From Planctomycetota bacterium (GTDB taxonomy: Bacteria > Planctomycetota > UBA1135 > UBA2386): DNA of 64,000 bases. The translations under genes and the position numbers were made by a program. Shown piece after piece: positions 53,440 to 63,400 of the stretch; within the stretch, counting starts at the first letter, position 1; the number at the start of each line of letters is the position of its first letter. Under the pieces are notes generated by a model that worked only from the letters and a program-made list of their open reading frames with translations, searched no databases and was not told where the DNA came from. The stretch is from NCBI GenBank assembly GCA_046290465.1, contig JBKAGP010000001.1, forward strand, positions 1-64,000, given 5' to 3'.

Positions 53440-54546
53440 ATGACCGTGCAACTCGAGAACGTCACCATCCGCTACGGCGAGTTCGTCGCGGTCGACGATT
53501 TGAGCGTCACCTTCGAGCAGGGCTCGGTGGGGCTGCTCGGCCGCAACGGTGCCGGCAAGAGCTCCGTACTCAAGTCGCTGCTCGGGCTGGTCCGCCCGGC
53601 GGCCGGCACAATGCGCTTCCGGGACCTTCCCCCCGACGCATCGCCGGCGGAGATCCGTGGCCACGTCGGCTACATGCCCGAGCGTGACGCCCACCTGCCG
53701 CAGGCCTCGGCGTTCGAGATGGTCAGCCTGCTCGGCATGCTCAGCGGCCTGCCGCGTCGGGACGCGTGGCGCCGCGCCCATGAAGTGCTCTACCTGGTCG
53801 GCCTCGAGGAGCAGCGCTACCGCCCGGTCTCCGGCTACAGCGCCGGCATGCGGCAGAAAGCCAAGCTCGCGTCGGCGCTGGTGCACGATCCGCAGGTGCT
53901 GTTCCTCGACGAACCGACCAACGGGCTCGACCCCGCCGGCCGCCGCGAGATGCTCGGACTGGTCCGCCAGCTGAGTCGGGACCTCGGCAAGTCGGTCGTG
54001 TTCTCGACGCACATCCTGCAGGACGTCGAGGCGGTCTGCGATTCGGCGGTCGTCATGGAGCGAGGGCGCGTCGCCGCACAGGGCGACCTGCAGGAGCTGA
54101 CTGCAGGCGCGGATCGCCAGTTCCGCCTGCGCATCGACCCGACGGCCACCAACGTGCTGGCAGTGCTCGCCGAGCGGTGGCGTGCCGAGTCGCTCGGTGA
54201 CGGCCACTACGCGGTCTGGCTCCCCGAAGACGCGCCAACCAACGGCGTCTTCGAGGCCGTTCGCGGTGCCGGCGCGCGAGTGCGCAGCTTCACGCTCAAG
54301 CGACGCTCGCTCGAGGAGGTGTTCTTGAGCGCGGTGCGCGAACAGCCTGCGGCCACCAACGCCGGTGCCCACAACGGCGGCGCCGCCGCCCCCGATGTCG
54401 CCAACGCCACCGCAGCCGACGCCACCGCAGCCAACCCCACCGCAGCCAACCCCACCGTCGCCAAACCCACCGCAGCCGACGCCGACGCTGCCAGCCGCGA
54501 CCCAGAACGTCCCGGTGCCGTCGACGACCACGAGGCCGATCGATGA
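53440..54546 (+). CDS. ABC transporter ATP-binding protein
   Basis: GRNGAGKS, YSAGMRQ, LDEPTNGLD; low-complexity TAANP tail. Confidence 0.93.
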   Translation: MTVQLENVTIRYGEFVAVDDLSVTFEQGSVGLLGRNGAGKSSVLKSLLGLVRPAAGTMRFRDLPPDASPAEIRGHVGYMPERDAHLPQASAFEMVSLLGMLSGLPRRDAWRRAHEVLYLVGLEEQRYRPVSGYSAGMRQKAKLASALVHDPQVLFLDEPTNGLDPAGRREMLGLVRQLSRDLGKSVVFSTHILQDVEAVCDSAVVMERGRVAAQGDLQELTAGADRQFRLRIDPTATNVLAVLAERWRAESLGDGHYAVWLPEDAPTNGVFEAVRGAGARVRSFTLKRRSLEEVFLSAVREQPAATNAGAHNGGAAAPDVANATAADATAANPTAANPTVAKPTAADADAASRDPERPGAVDDHEADR

Positions 54547-55442
54547 GTCAGGCCCTGCACTACCGACCGCTGTCCTGCCAGCGGGTCACCGGGTTCGCGC
54601 GGCTGTGGCCGCTCGCGCGTCAGGAGATGACGGCGCTGTTCCGCACCAAGTGGGGCGTCGCGCTGTTCTTCGTCTGCCTGTTCCCGTCGCTCGGCCGGCT
54701 GGTGATGCTGCTGATCATGTTCGGCGTGGTCGACTTCGGGCCGCGCGGCCTGCGCGACCGGATGAGCCAGAACCTGCCGCCCAACCTCGACCACCTCAAC
54801 CCCGAACGCGCCGCGTTCTATTTCGAGACCGCGCTGAGCACGATGCCGGGCATGGTGTTCTTCTTGATGCTCACCTCGATGTCGGTCGCGCGCAGCATCG
54901 CCCGCGACCGCGCCACCAACGGCCTCGAACTGTATTGGACCCGCGGCATCTCGCCGTGGGGCTACGTGTTCGCCAAGTGGCTCGGCGGCTTCCTGATCAC
55001 GGCGACGCTGACCGTGCTGATGCCGCTGCTGCTGTGGATCGCCGCAGGCTTCCTCGCCGAGGACTGGACCCTGCTGGCCGACACCTCCGGCCAGGTCGTC
55101 ATCGGCCTGCTCGGACTCGTCATCATGACGGCGATCTGGACCGGCATCGGCACGCTGCTCAGCGCCGTGGCCAACAGCGCCAACCTCGCGATGGTGATGT
55201 GGGCGATGCTGCTGGTCGGCAGCTCGGCGATCGGCTTCGTGTTGTCGAAGGCGCTGCGCGAACCGGAGCTGCGCTCGTGCCTCTCGTTCTGGGACGCCGG
55301 CCGCGTCGTGGTCCGCGACCTCGCGTCGCTGCCGCAGCGCGACGTCTCGGTGTTCGGCGCCTACGCGATGCTGGTGACCGTCGCGACCGTGCTGGTCGTG
55401 CTGGCGCAGCGGCGCATGCGGGTGGTGGAGGCGCTCCAGTGA
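54543..55442 (+). CDS. ABC-2 type permease
   Basis: 6 TM segments; IARDRATNGLELYWTR, YVFAKW. Confidence 0.85.
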   Translation: MSQALHYRPLSCQRVTGFARLWPLARQEMTALFRTKWGVALFFVCLFPSLGRLVMLLIMFGVVDFGPRGLRDRMSQNLPPNLDHLNPERAAFYFETALSTMPGMVFFLMLTSMSVARSIARDRATNGLELYWTRGISPWGYVFAKWLGGFLITATLTVLMPLLLWIAAGFLAEDWTLLADTSGQVVIGLLGLVIMTAIWTGIGTLLSAVANSANLAMVMWAMLLVGSSAIGFVLSKALREPELRSCLSFWDAGRVVVRDLASLPQRDVSVFGAYAMLVTVATVLVVLAQRRMRVVEALQ

Positions 55443-56362
55443 GCGACCCGCAAGCCATCCTGCAGTTCGAATCCGTGACCAAGTGGTACGGCTCGGTCGC
55501 CGCCCTGCTCGACGTCTCGTTCGACGTGCGCACCGAGGTCGTCGGCCTGGTCGGCAAGAACGGCGTCGGCAAGTCGACGTTGATGAAGCTGGCGGTCGGC
55601 CTGCTGCGGCCGAGCCAGGGTCGGGTCGTCGTCTGCGGCCATCCGTCGCAGTCGATCGACGCGCGCGCCCGGATCGGCTTCTGTCCCGACTTCGATCGCC
55701 TCTACGAGCCGCTCTCCGGCGTGCAGTTCGTCGCCTGGATGCTGCGCTACCACGGCTACGGCGGCCGCGCCGCCAGAGAACGCGCCGAGCAGGTGCTGGC
55801 CGAGCTCGGCCTCGCCGAGAACATGCGCCGGCCGATCCGCGAATACAGCAAGGGCATGCGCCAGCGGGTGCGCCTCGGCCAGGCGCTCGCGCACGGCCCG
55901 AGCTTCGTGCTGCTCGACGAGCCGATGACCGGCCTCGACCCGGTCGCACGCGCCGAGCTGTCCGAGCACATCCGCGAATTGCCCCGCCGCGGCGTCGGCG
56001 TACTGGTCTCGAGCCACGTGCTGCACGAACTCGAGGCCGTCGTCGACCGCGTCGTGCTGGTGCACCAGGGCCGCCTGCTCGCCGACGGCAAGATCCACGA
56101 ACTGCGCGACAAGCTGCCCGAACGGCCGCACCGCCTACGCCTGCGCGGCGCGCGCCCGCGCGAACTCGCCGCCGAGTTGACCGGCTGGCCGCAGGTCGAG
56201 GGCCTCGCGATCCACGACGACCAGGTCGAGGTCTCGTTGCTCGGCCAGGGCGACTTCTACGACCGGTTGACGGCGCTCTGCGCGACCTGGCAGGGCGGGG
56301 TGCACGAGGTCGCGCCGCTCGACGACGACCTGGCGGCGGTGTTCGGATACCTGGTGGAGTGA
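55439..56362 (+). CDS. ABC transporter ATP-binding protein
   Basis: GKNGVGKST, YSKGMRQ, LDEPMTGLD, SSH; GTGA overlap. Confidence 0.93.
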   Translation: MSDPQAILQFESVTKWYGSVAALLDVSFDVRTEVVGLVGKNGVGKSTLMKLAVGLLRPSQGRVVVCGHPSQSIDARARIGFCPDFDRLYEPLSGVQFVAWMLRYHGYGGRAARERAEQVLAELGLAENMRRPIREYSKGMRQRVRLGQALAHGPSFVLLDEPMTGLDPVARAELSEHIRELPRRGVGVLVSSHVLHELEAVVDRVVLVHQGRLLADGKIHELRDKLPERPHRLRLRGARPRELAAELTGWPQVEGLAIHDDQVEVSLLGQGDFYDRLTALCATWQGGVHEVAPLDDDLAAVFGYLVE

Positions 56363-56366
56363 CGCG

Positions 56367-57245
56367 ATGACGACGACCCGACCGATGCCCACCGCACCCG
56401 CCCGGATCGGATCGCTGCGCACGCTGCTCGAGTCGGCGCGGCAGACGATCCTGATGCTGCGCCATCGGCGCGTGTTCTGGTACGTGCCGATCGCGCTGGT
56501 GCTGCTGTTCGCGTTCGCGTTCGTGGTCTCCGGCCGCGCCCACGACTCGGTCGACGGCGCCCACCTCTACTGCGTGATCGCCTGGTGGGGGCTCGGCACC
56601 GTGATCGTGCCGTGGACCACGCTCTACCTCGGGGTGCAGGCGGTGCACGGCGAGATCGAGGACCGCACCAGCCAGTACCTGTTCCTGCGTCCGGTGCACC
56701 GGGTGCCGCTGCTGCTCGGCAAGTGGCTGGCGGTGTCGCTGGTCGCGAGCCTGATCGCGTGCGGCGGCGCGGCGGCGCTGTTCGCCGGCGTCGGCGGCCA
56801 CCCGGACATGTGGCTCGACGGCCGCGATCCGGCGCTGCTGGCCACCTACTGCCAGGTCCTGTGCCTCGGCGTCGTCGCCTACGCCGCCACCGCGATGCTG
56901 TTCGGCGCCATGTTCCGCCGACCGCTGGCGTGGGCGGCGTTCTTCGTCGTCGGCGTGCAGATGCTGGCCGCCAACCTGCCGGTTTCGGCGGGCATGCGGC
57001 GCCTGACCATCACCGACCCGCTGCGTCGGGTGCTGCTCGACCAGCTCGAGCCGAGCCGGAAGCTGGCCCGCGACCTGTGGCCGGCCGAACGCGGCGAGGC
57101 GCTCGAGGTCGACGAGCTGGCCGGTTCGTTCGAACTGGAGTTGGGCAGTCCGCTGATCGACCTGCTGATCTTCACCGGCGTCTGCCTCACACTGGGTGCG
57201 TGGCGCTACGCACGGACCGAGTACGAGTCGAGGAACCGCGATTGA
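56367..57245 (+). CDS. ABC-2 type permease
   Basis: EIEDRTSQYLFLRP, LLGKW; multiple TM segments. Confidence 0.85.
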   Translation: MTTTRPMPTAPARIGSLRTLLESARQTILMLRHRRVFWYVPIALVLLFAFAFVVSGRAHDSVDGAHLYCVIAWWGLGTVIVPWTTLYLGVQAVHGEIEDRTSQYLFLRPVHRVPLLLGKWLAVSLVASLIACGGAAALFAGVGGHPDMWLDGRDPALLATYCQVLCLGVVAYAATAMLFGAMFRRPLAWAAFFVVGVQMLAANLPVSAGMRRLTITDPLRRVLLDQLEPSRKLARDLWPAERGEALEVDELAGSFELELGSPLIDLLIFTGVCLTLGAWRYARTEYESRNRD

Positions 57246-58603
57246 GTGCGGCCGGCCCGCTGCCTGGCGGGAGCCTGCTGCTGCCCGAGGAGGCGCGCGA
57301 GCACAGCTCGCTGCTGTCGCAGGTCGGCTGGTTCAACCGTCTGCGGCTGGTGGTGGCGGCCGGCGTGATCTGGCTGTGCGCGCTGGCGACGCACGCGTTC
57401 GACCTGATCGAGGACCCGTGGCCGCTCTACCTGCTCGGCGCGGCGATCGTGCTGGTCGACGGCCTCTACATCGTCGCCTACGCCCGTCTGCAGCGCAGCA
57501 GCCTCGCCGCGGTCCGCCGCCACGTCTACCTGCAGATCGGCGTCGACCTGACGATCCTGACGGCCCTGCTGCACTACGCGGGCGGCATCACCAACCCGCT
57601 GGCGTTGTTCTACCTGTTCCACGCCTTCATCGCGGCGCTGGTGCTGTCGGTGCGCGCCGCGGTGATGGTGGCCCTGGTCAGCATGCTGTCCTTGCTGCTG
57701 CTCGGCTTCTCCGAACGCGAGGGCTGGCTGCCGCACCATCCGCTCGGGGTCGGCATGTTCGACCTGTTCGCGATCGACCCGCTCGGCCTGTGGCTGCTGG
57801 TGTTCGCCTACGCGACGACGCTGGCGTTCTCGATCTACTTCGTCTCGACCGTGCTCGCGCGGCTGCGCCGCCAGGAGCGCGAACTCGTGCGGCTCGGTCG
57901 CCACCTGGCGCTCAGCGAGAAGCTGGCGTCGGTCGGCACGCTCGCCGCTGGGGTCAGCCACGAGATCAACAACCCGATCGGGGTCATCAAGAACAAGGTG
58001 CAGATCCTGCGCTACCGCGTCGAGGACGGCGACGGCAAGGACAAGCTGCTGTCGGAGCTCGACGTCGTCGACAAGCACACGCGGCGGATCTCGAAGATCA
58101 CCGACGGCCTGCTGCAGTTCTCGCGCGAGACGCCGTTCGAGCTGCGGCCGCTCAACCTGCGCAAGCTGCTGCGCGAGGCCGAGGATCTGGTGCGCGTGCC
58201 GTTCCGCCAGGCCGAGGTCGAGCTGAAGCTCGACGACCGCGTGCCGGCCGACGTGGTCGTGCGCGGCTCGACCAACCACCTGCTGCAGGTGCTGATCAAC
58301 ATCCTGCTCAACGCCAAGGACGCGTCGGCCCGCCACGGGGTGGTGGAGCTGACCTGCTCGCTGCGCGGCCACGAGGTCGCGCTCGAGGTGCGCGACCACG
58401 GCAGCGGCATCGAGCCCGACGTGCTCGAGAAGGTGTTCGACCCGTTCTTCACGACCAAGGACGTCGACAAGGGCACCGGCCTGGGCCTGGCGATCAGCCA
58501 CGGCATCGTCGAACGGCACCACGGTCGCATCGAAGTCGAGAGCGAACTGGGCCGCGGGACCTGCTTCTCGATCCTGCTGCCGGCGGTGCCCCGCGACTCT
58601 TGA
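57242..58603 (+). CDS. Membrane sensor histidine kinase
   Basis: GVSHEINNP (H box), NILLNAKDA, DHGSGI, FDPFFTTK, GTGLGL; TTG start overlaps the upstream stop. Confidence 0.93.
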   Translation: MSAAGPLPGGSLLLPEEAREHSSLLSQVGWFNRLRLVVAAGVIWLCALATHAFDLIEDPWPLYLLGAAIVLVDGLYIVAYARLQRSSLAAVRRHVYLQIGVDLTILTALLHYAGGITNPLALFYLFHAFIAALVLSVRAAVMVALVSMLSLLLLGFSEREGWLPHHPLGVGMFDLFAIDPLGLWLLVFAYATTLAFSIYFVSTVLARLRRQERELVRLGRHLALSEKLASVGTLAAGVSHEINNPIGVIKNKVQILRYRVEDGDGKDKLLSELDVVDKHTRRISKITDGLLQFSRETPFELRPLNLRKLLREAEDLVRVPFRQAEVELKLDDRVPADVVVRGSTNHLLQVLINILLNAKDASARHGVVELTCSLRGHEVALEVRDHGSGIEPDVLEKVFDPFFTTKDVDKGTGLGLAISHGIVERHHGRIEVESELGRGTCFSILLPAVPRDS

Positions 58604-58670
58604 CGAAACTAGGGATGGCGCCTTGGCGACCTGTGGACAACAACAGGTAGTCGGTCGCGTCAAGAAACCC

Positions 58671-58699
58671 TTGGCACCGGCCGTTCGCATTGCTATGGT
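58671..58699 (+). promoter_or_regulatory. Putative sigma70 promoter
   Basis: TTGGCA, 17-nt spacer, TATGGT with an extended -10 TG. Confidence 0.45.
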
Positions 58700-58705
58700 G
58701 CGCAT

Positions 58706-58936
58706 CCGTGTTGGGCGGTCACCAAGGGAGGGACCGACAGCACGGGTCACTCGAACTAGGCACTCGGGTGGCCCGACTCTGGTCACTTCGTTCTGCCGCT
58801 GCCCCGACGTGGGTGACTGACGTTGCTGACGGTGCCGCGACCGGCGGGTTGCGGCGTCGGGTTCGTCGGGTGCAGCGGCAGGCGGGGTCCTGAGGTTTCT
58901 GGGCGCCGCCGGCCGTCAGGTCGGCGGCGCTTTTTT
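58706..58936 (+). ncRNA. Candidate structured small RNA (~230 nt)
   Basis: Putative promoter upstream, three stem-loops with plus-strand G.U pairs, an intrinsic terminator, and no credible ORF. Confidence 0.45.
58903..58936 (+). terminator. Intrinsic terminator
   Basis: gcgccgccggcc-gtca-ggtcggcggcgc-tttttt. Confidence 0.85.
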
Positions 58937-59214
58937 GTCGGGCCGCGCCTGCACGGGCCTCGGGGCTTACGCGGCCCGGCTTGCCGAGGTCGGGCCTGCA
59001 GAGCCCAGCCCGCGAAGCCCAGCCTGCAGAGCTCAGCCTGCCAAGGCGGACCGCCAAGGTCCTGGCCCCAAAACCGCCGAAGGCTCGCCTTCTGGCGAGC
59101 CTCCGGTTCTTCCGGGCGATTGCAGCTTACGAGCGGCCGGGAGCTTGGGTCGACCGGTCGGCCGGATGCCGGCCTGAGCTTGCCGACTACAGTTTGCCGG
59201 CTACAGCTTGCCGA

Positions 59215-59436
59215 CTAGAGCTTCACGTTGACGATCTGGTCGACGTTGAAGTCGTAGCTGAACTCTTCGTCCACGTTGATCAGGCGTCCGGTGCCCTTGA
59301 ACTCGTTGAAGATGATCGCGCCGGACATCGAGCGGCCGTCCTCGAGGGACAGCTCGACCCAGTCGGCCTGGCGGGCGTTCATCAGCAGATCGTAGACTTC
59401 GTCGCGCGTGGGGCGTGCGGCTTGCCGGGTGGACAT
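59215..59436 (-). CDS. Small protein (73 aa), possible Sm/Hfq-like fold
   Basis: AGGAG RBS 8 nt before the ATG; GC3 bias; helix followed by VELSLEDGRSMSGAII. Confidence 0.7.
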   Translation of the reverse strand: MSTRQAARPTRDEVYDLLMNARQADWVELSLEDGRSMSGAIIFNEFKGTGRLINVDEEFSYDFNVDQIVNVKL

Positions 59437-59664
59437 AGATTGGTCTCCTGTGCAGCAGTTCCTGGAGAGCGGGAGCTGCATCGGGTGGTTGGGGGCTTCG
59501 GGCTGGCGTGCCGTCGGCTGTCGGGTTGGATGGTAAGGCTGACGCGCCGGCGACCGTGAGACACCGGGGCTGCGGGCTGAGATCCGCAACATCCGGCCTC
59601 TCGAGAGGCAAAGGACGCCATTGCGTTCCAAGGCGACGACCGGCCGGGAGAGGCCAACCGAAAC

Positions 59665-60399
59665 CTAGGATTCGAGCCCGGATCCGTCCTCGGCCGTCGC
59701 CGGACCACTCCAGGACCTACCGCCCATGGCACCGACGATTTCGGCCTGGATCAAGAACTGCGACCAGGACTCGAACTGAGATGGAGTTTGCCATAGTTCG
59801 GCGAACTCGACAAGGTGGGTAAAGCCACCTCGCATCTTCGAGATTTCACGGATTCCGACCATTTCTCGGGCCTGCGCGAGCGGCTGGGGCAGGTCGATGC
59901 AGTAGGCCAGCCCGGCGTGCACCTGGCCGACGTCGGTGCTGTCGTCGTTGATCAGGCCCAGCAGCCTGGGGGCCGGCAGCGCCGCGTCCGGGAGCTGCAG
60001 CTCCTCGGCCAGTTCGCGCTGCAGGGCGGCGCCGAAGAAGGCCCGTGCGTCCGGTGCGCCCTGATCGTCGGCGTCGACCGGCTCGATGTGCCCGCCCAGC
60101 CCGATCGTCCACGACTCGTGCAGGCGCGCCTCGCCGCCCTTGCGGGTCCGCTGGACCAGCAGGATGCCACGGCCGTGCGGATCGCCGCCCGCGCGCCAGT
60201 CGCCGCAGCGCAGCATGCAGTAGGGGATCCACTGCTTCCACGCAGGCGTGCGTTCGGCCTCGTCGCGGTCGACGAAGCGGCCAAGCCGCATCGCCCGGCC
60301 GAGGAACGCGCCGGGCGCGTCGATCGGCTGGTAGCCGTGCGGCCAGTCGCCGCCGAAGAACGCGTCACGGTATACGACGAAGACCTGCTCCGTGGCCAC
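59665..60399 (-). CDS. NUDIX-like predicted phosphoesterase (COG4112-like)
   Basis: AERTPAWKQWIPY, GEARLH...IGLGGHI, RELAEEL, GLINDD...VGQVH, FESWSQ. Confidence 0.82.
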   Translation of the reverse strand: MATEQVFVVYRDAFFGGDWPHGYQPIDAPGAFLGRAMRLGRFVDRDEAERTPAWKQWIPYCMLRCGDWRAGGDPHGRGILLVQRTRKGGEARLHESWTIGLGGHIEPVDADDQGAPDARAFFGAALQRELAEELQLPDAALPAPRLLGLINDDSTDVGQVHAGLAYCIDLPQPLAQAREMVGIREISKMRGGFTHLVEFAELWQTPSQFESWSQFLIQAEIVGAMGGRSWSGPATAEDGSGLES

Positions 60400-60404
60400 C
60401 GTGG

Positions 60405-63400
60405 CTACGCCTTCTTGTTGTCGTCGTCCTGACGGCTGAGCAGGTTGCGCAGGCTCGACAGCGAGGTGACCTCGCCCTTCTCGGTGCGCTGCTCCTCGAC
60501 CTCGCGGGCCGGCTCGACCGTGTAGATCCGCTGCTCGCGCGGACCGCCGCGACGACCGCCGCCGTCGCGACCGCGACCGCCGCCGAAGCCCCGATCGCCG
60601 CCGAAGCCGCGGCCGCCGCCATCCCGGCCGCCACCATCCCGGCCGCCGCCATCGCGACCGCCGCCGGGACCGCCGCGGCGTCCGCCGCCGCCGCCCGGGC
60701 GGCCGCCGGCTGCGCCGGGGCGACGTCCTTCCTGGCCTTCGCCGCGGCCTTGGCCGCGCGGGCCGCGATCCCCGCGTCCGCGCCGGCGACCCTTCTGCTG
60801 CTCCATGCGTTCGCCGAGCGTCGGCAGGCGGCCCTCGGCGAGGTGGCGCGGCTGGTGCATCGACAGCGAGATCTTCTGCTTCTGGGTGTCGACGTTGAGC
60901 ACCCACACGGTCACGACCTCCCCGACGCGCAGCATCTGGTTGGGGTCGCGCAGGCGGTGGCCCGGGATCTGCGAGATGTGCACCAGGCCGTCCTGGCCGA
61001 TGCCGAGGTCGACGAACGCGCCGAACTCGGTCAGGCTCGCGATGCGGCCCTTCAGCTCGCGGTCCTGGTGCAGGTCCGCCAGCGTGTGCACGCCCTCGTT
61101 GGCCGTCGCCATCAGCTCGCCACGGCTGTCGTGGCCGGCGCGGCCGAGCTGCTGCAGCACCGACACCACGCGCGCCTTCGGCAGTTCGTCGCTGCTCAGC
61201 GCGTCGGCGTCGACGTCGCGCAGGTTCTTGCCGATCAGCTCGATCGGCTCGCAGCCCTTGGCCTGGGCGATCGCCCGGACCAGCTCGTAGTCGTCGGGGT
61301 GGATCGGGGTCGCGTCGAGCGGCTCGCTGCCGCCCGTCAGGCGCAGGAAGCCGACGATGTTGCGGTAGCAGGCGTCGTTGATCGACTCGACCTCCTGCAC
61401 GTCGGTGCGCGCCTGGAACCCGCCCTTGCCCTTGCGGTGCTTGACCAGGGCCTGGGCGCGTTCGTGGCCGAGGCCCGGGATCATCTGCAGCACGTCGGCG
61501 CCCGACGTGTTGACGTCGCAGCCGACCTCGGCGAGGCAGCTCGACTTGACCCGGCCGAGCTCGCGCTGCAGCGTGCCCTGGTGCACGTCGTCGAGCGTCT
61601 GGCCGAGGCCGAGCGTGCGGACCTCCATGCGCGCGAGCTCGAGCAGCGGGTCCTGCAGGCGGCGGCCCAGCGAGATCGCCGTGCGCACCCCGACCTCGAC
61701 GCCGGGGATCGCCTTCTTGCCGCCGGTGCTGGTCGCGAAGATCGTCGACGCGGCCTCGTCGACCGGCACGACCATCGGCAGCGGCGTCTCGCCGAGCGCT
61801 TCGCGCAGCCGGGTGACGATCTTCTCGCTGCCCGCCTGGCGCCGGCCATGCGGCACGGCGATCGCGTGCGGCTTCTCGTTCTGGATCCACTCGACCAGCA
61901 GGTTCAGGGCGCCCTGCTTCTGCTCGTCGTTGTCGGTCGGCATCGTCTTGTGCTGGCCGATCGAGCCGTCCTCGTTGAGCAGCACCGCCCAGATCGCCTT
62001 GCCCGACGTGCGCAGCGACAGCACCTTCTTGCTGCCGAGCGGCGGCGCCAGCAGCTGCGAACGCAGGTTGCGGCCGTAGGTGCGCATCGCTTCGCGGTCG
62101 GCCTTCTCCTTCAGGCGGCGACGGACGTCGTTGCCGCAGACCTCCTGCAGGCCCTTGGCGGCGCTGTCGAATACCAGGTCGTAGAAGTCGCCGAGCTGGG
62201 TGCCGGGCACCGCGTCCTTGGCGTGCAGGCTGCGCAGCACGGTGCGGTGGTGGCCCTTCTTGAGGCCGAGCTCGAGCCTGAGGATCTTCTCGCGCTCGGC
62301 GCGGCGCAGCGCCAGCATGCGGTTGGCCGGGATCCGGTTGATTGGCTCGGCGAAGTCGAAGAACTGCTTGTACTTGCCGGGGTCCCCGTCCGGGTTGACC
62401 GGCTTCGCGCGCAGGATGCCGCGGCGCAGCTCGTCGCGGAAGCGCGCGCGCGTGGCCGGATCGTGCAGGATCCGGTCGGCGAGGATCAGCAGCGCGCCCT
62501 CGAGCGCGGCCTCGGGCGTCGGCAGGTCGTTGTCGGCCGACACGTACGGCTCGGCGAGCTTGCGCAGGTCGACGTCCGGAACGGGCTCGCCGGCGGGCTC
62601 GCTGGCGCCAGCGGGGGCATCAGCGGGGGCATCAGCGGGGGCATCAGTCGCGGCGTCACTCGCAGGGGCTTCGCTCGGGGCCTGACCCGCTGCCGGCTCG
62701 GCGGCGGGCTCGGCCACAGGGTCCGGTTCGGACGGCCCATCGGTCGACGACTCGCCGGTCGACGATTCGCCAGTCAACGATTCGCCAGTCGACGATTCGT
62801 CCGTCGACGACTCGACGGTCGACGGGGCCTCGGCCGCCGCGGCTTCCGCTGCAGCCGCCTCGCTCGGCGCGGCCTCGGCCTCGGTGGGAGCCGCCGCTTC
62901 CGCGGGCGTCGGGGCTTCGTCCGAAGGTGCCGCCTCGGCCTGCTCGGCAGCCGGCTCCGTCGGCGCGTCCGCCGCAGCCTCGCCGGCGCCTTCGCCAGCT
63001 GCGGCTTCCTGCGGTTCGGCCGCGGCCGGCTTCGGCGCCCGCTCGGCGACTTCGACCTTCGGTGCCGGCACCGTCGTGATCGCTGCGTCACCGAACTGGC
63101 GGTGCTGGATCGCGAGCGCCAGCGGCAGAAGGCCCTTCTCCTCCATCTGCATCGCGATGCCGCGACGGCGTGGACGCATCGACTGGTAGTAGTCGTCGAG
63201 CAGGTCCTGGTCGGCCGTGTTGGCCAGCGTCTGTTCGAGCTCGTCGGTCTTGCGGCCGCGCTCCTCTGCCTGTTGCAGGATCGTGGCGCGGCGCTGCTCG
63301 AGTTCGTTCAGCAGGTGCAGGCGCTCCGCCAGCGCGACGAGCCGGTCCTCGGGGAGGTTGCCGAGCTCGTAGCGGCGGTAGCGGGACAGGTAGGCGGGGG

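Noticed and set aside
58650..58936. 6S, SRP, tmRNA or RNase P assignment for the intergenic RNA
   Set aside because: No SRP helix-8 motif, tRNA-like ends or RNase P P4 motif; multi-hairpin rather than one rod with a central bubble (6S not fully excluded without Infernal)
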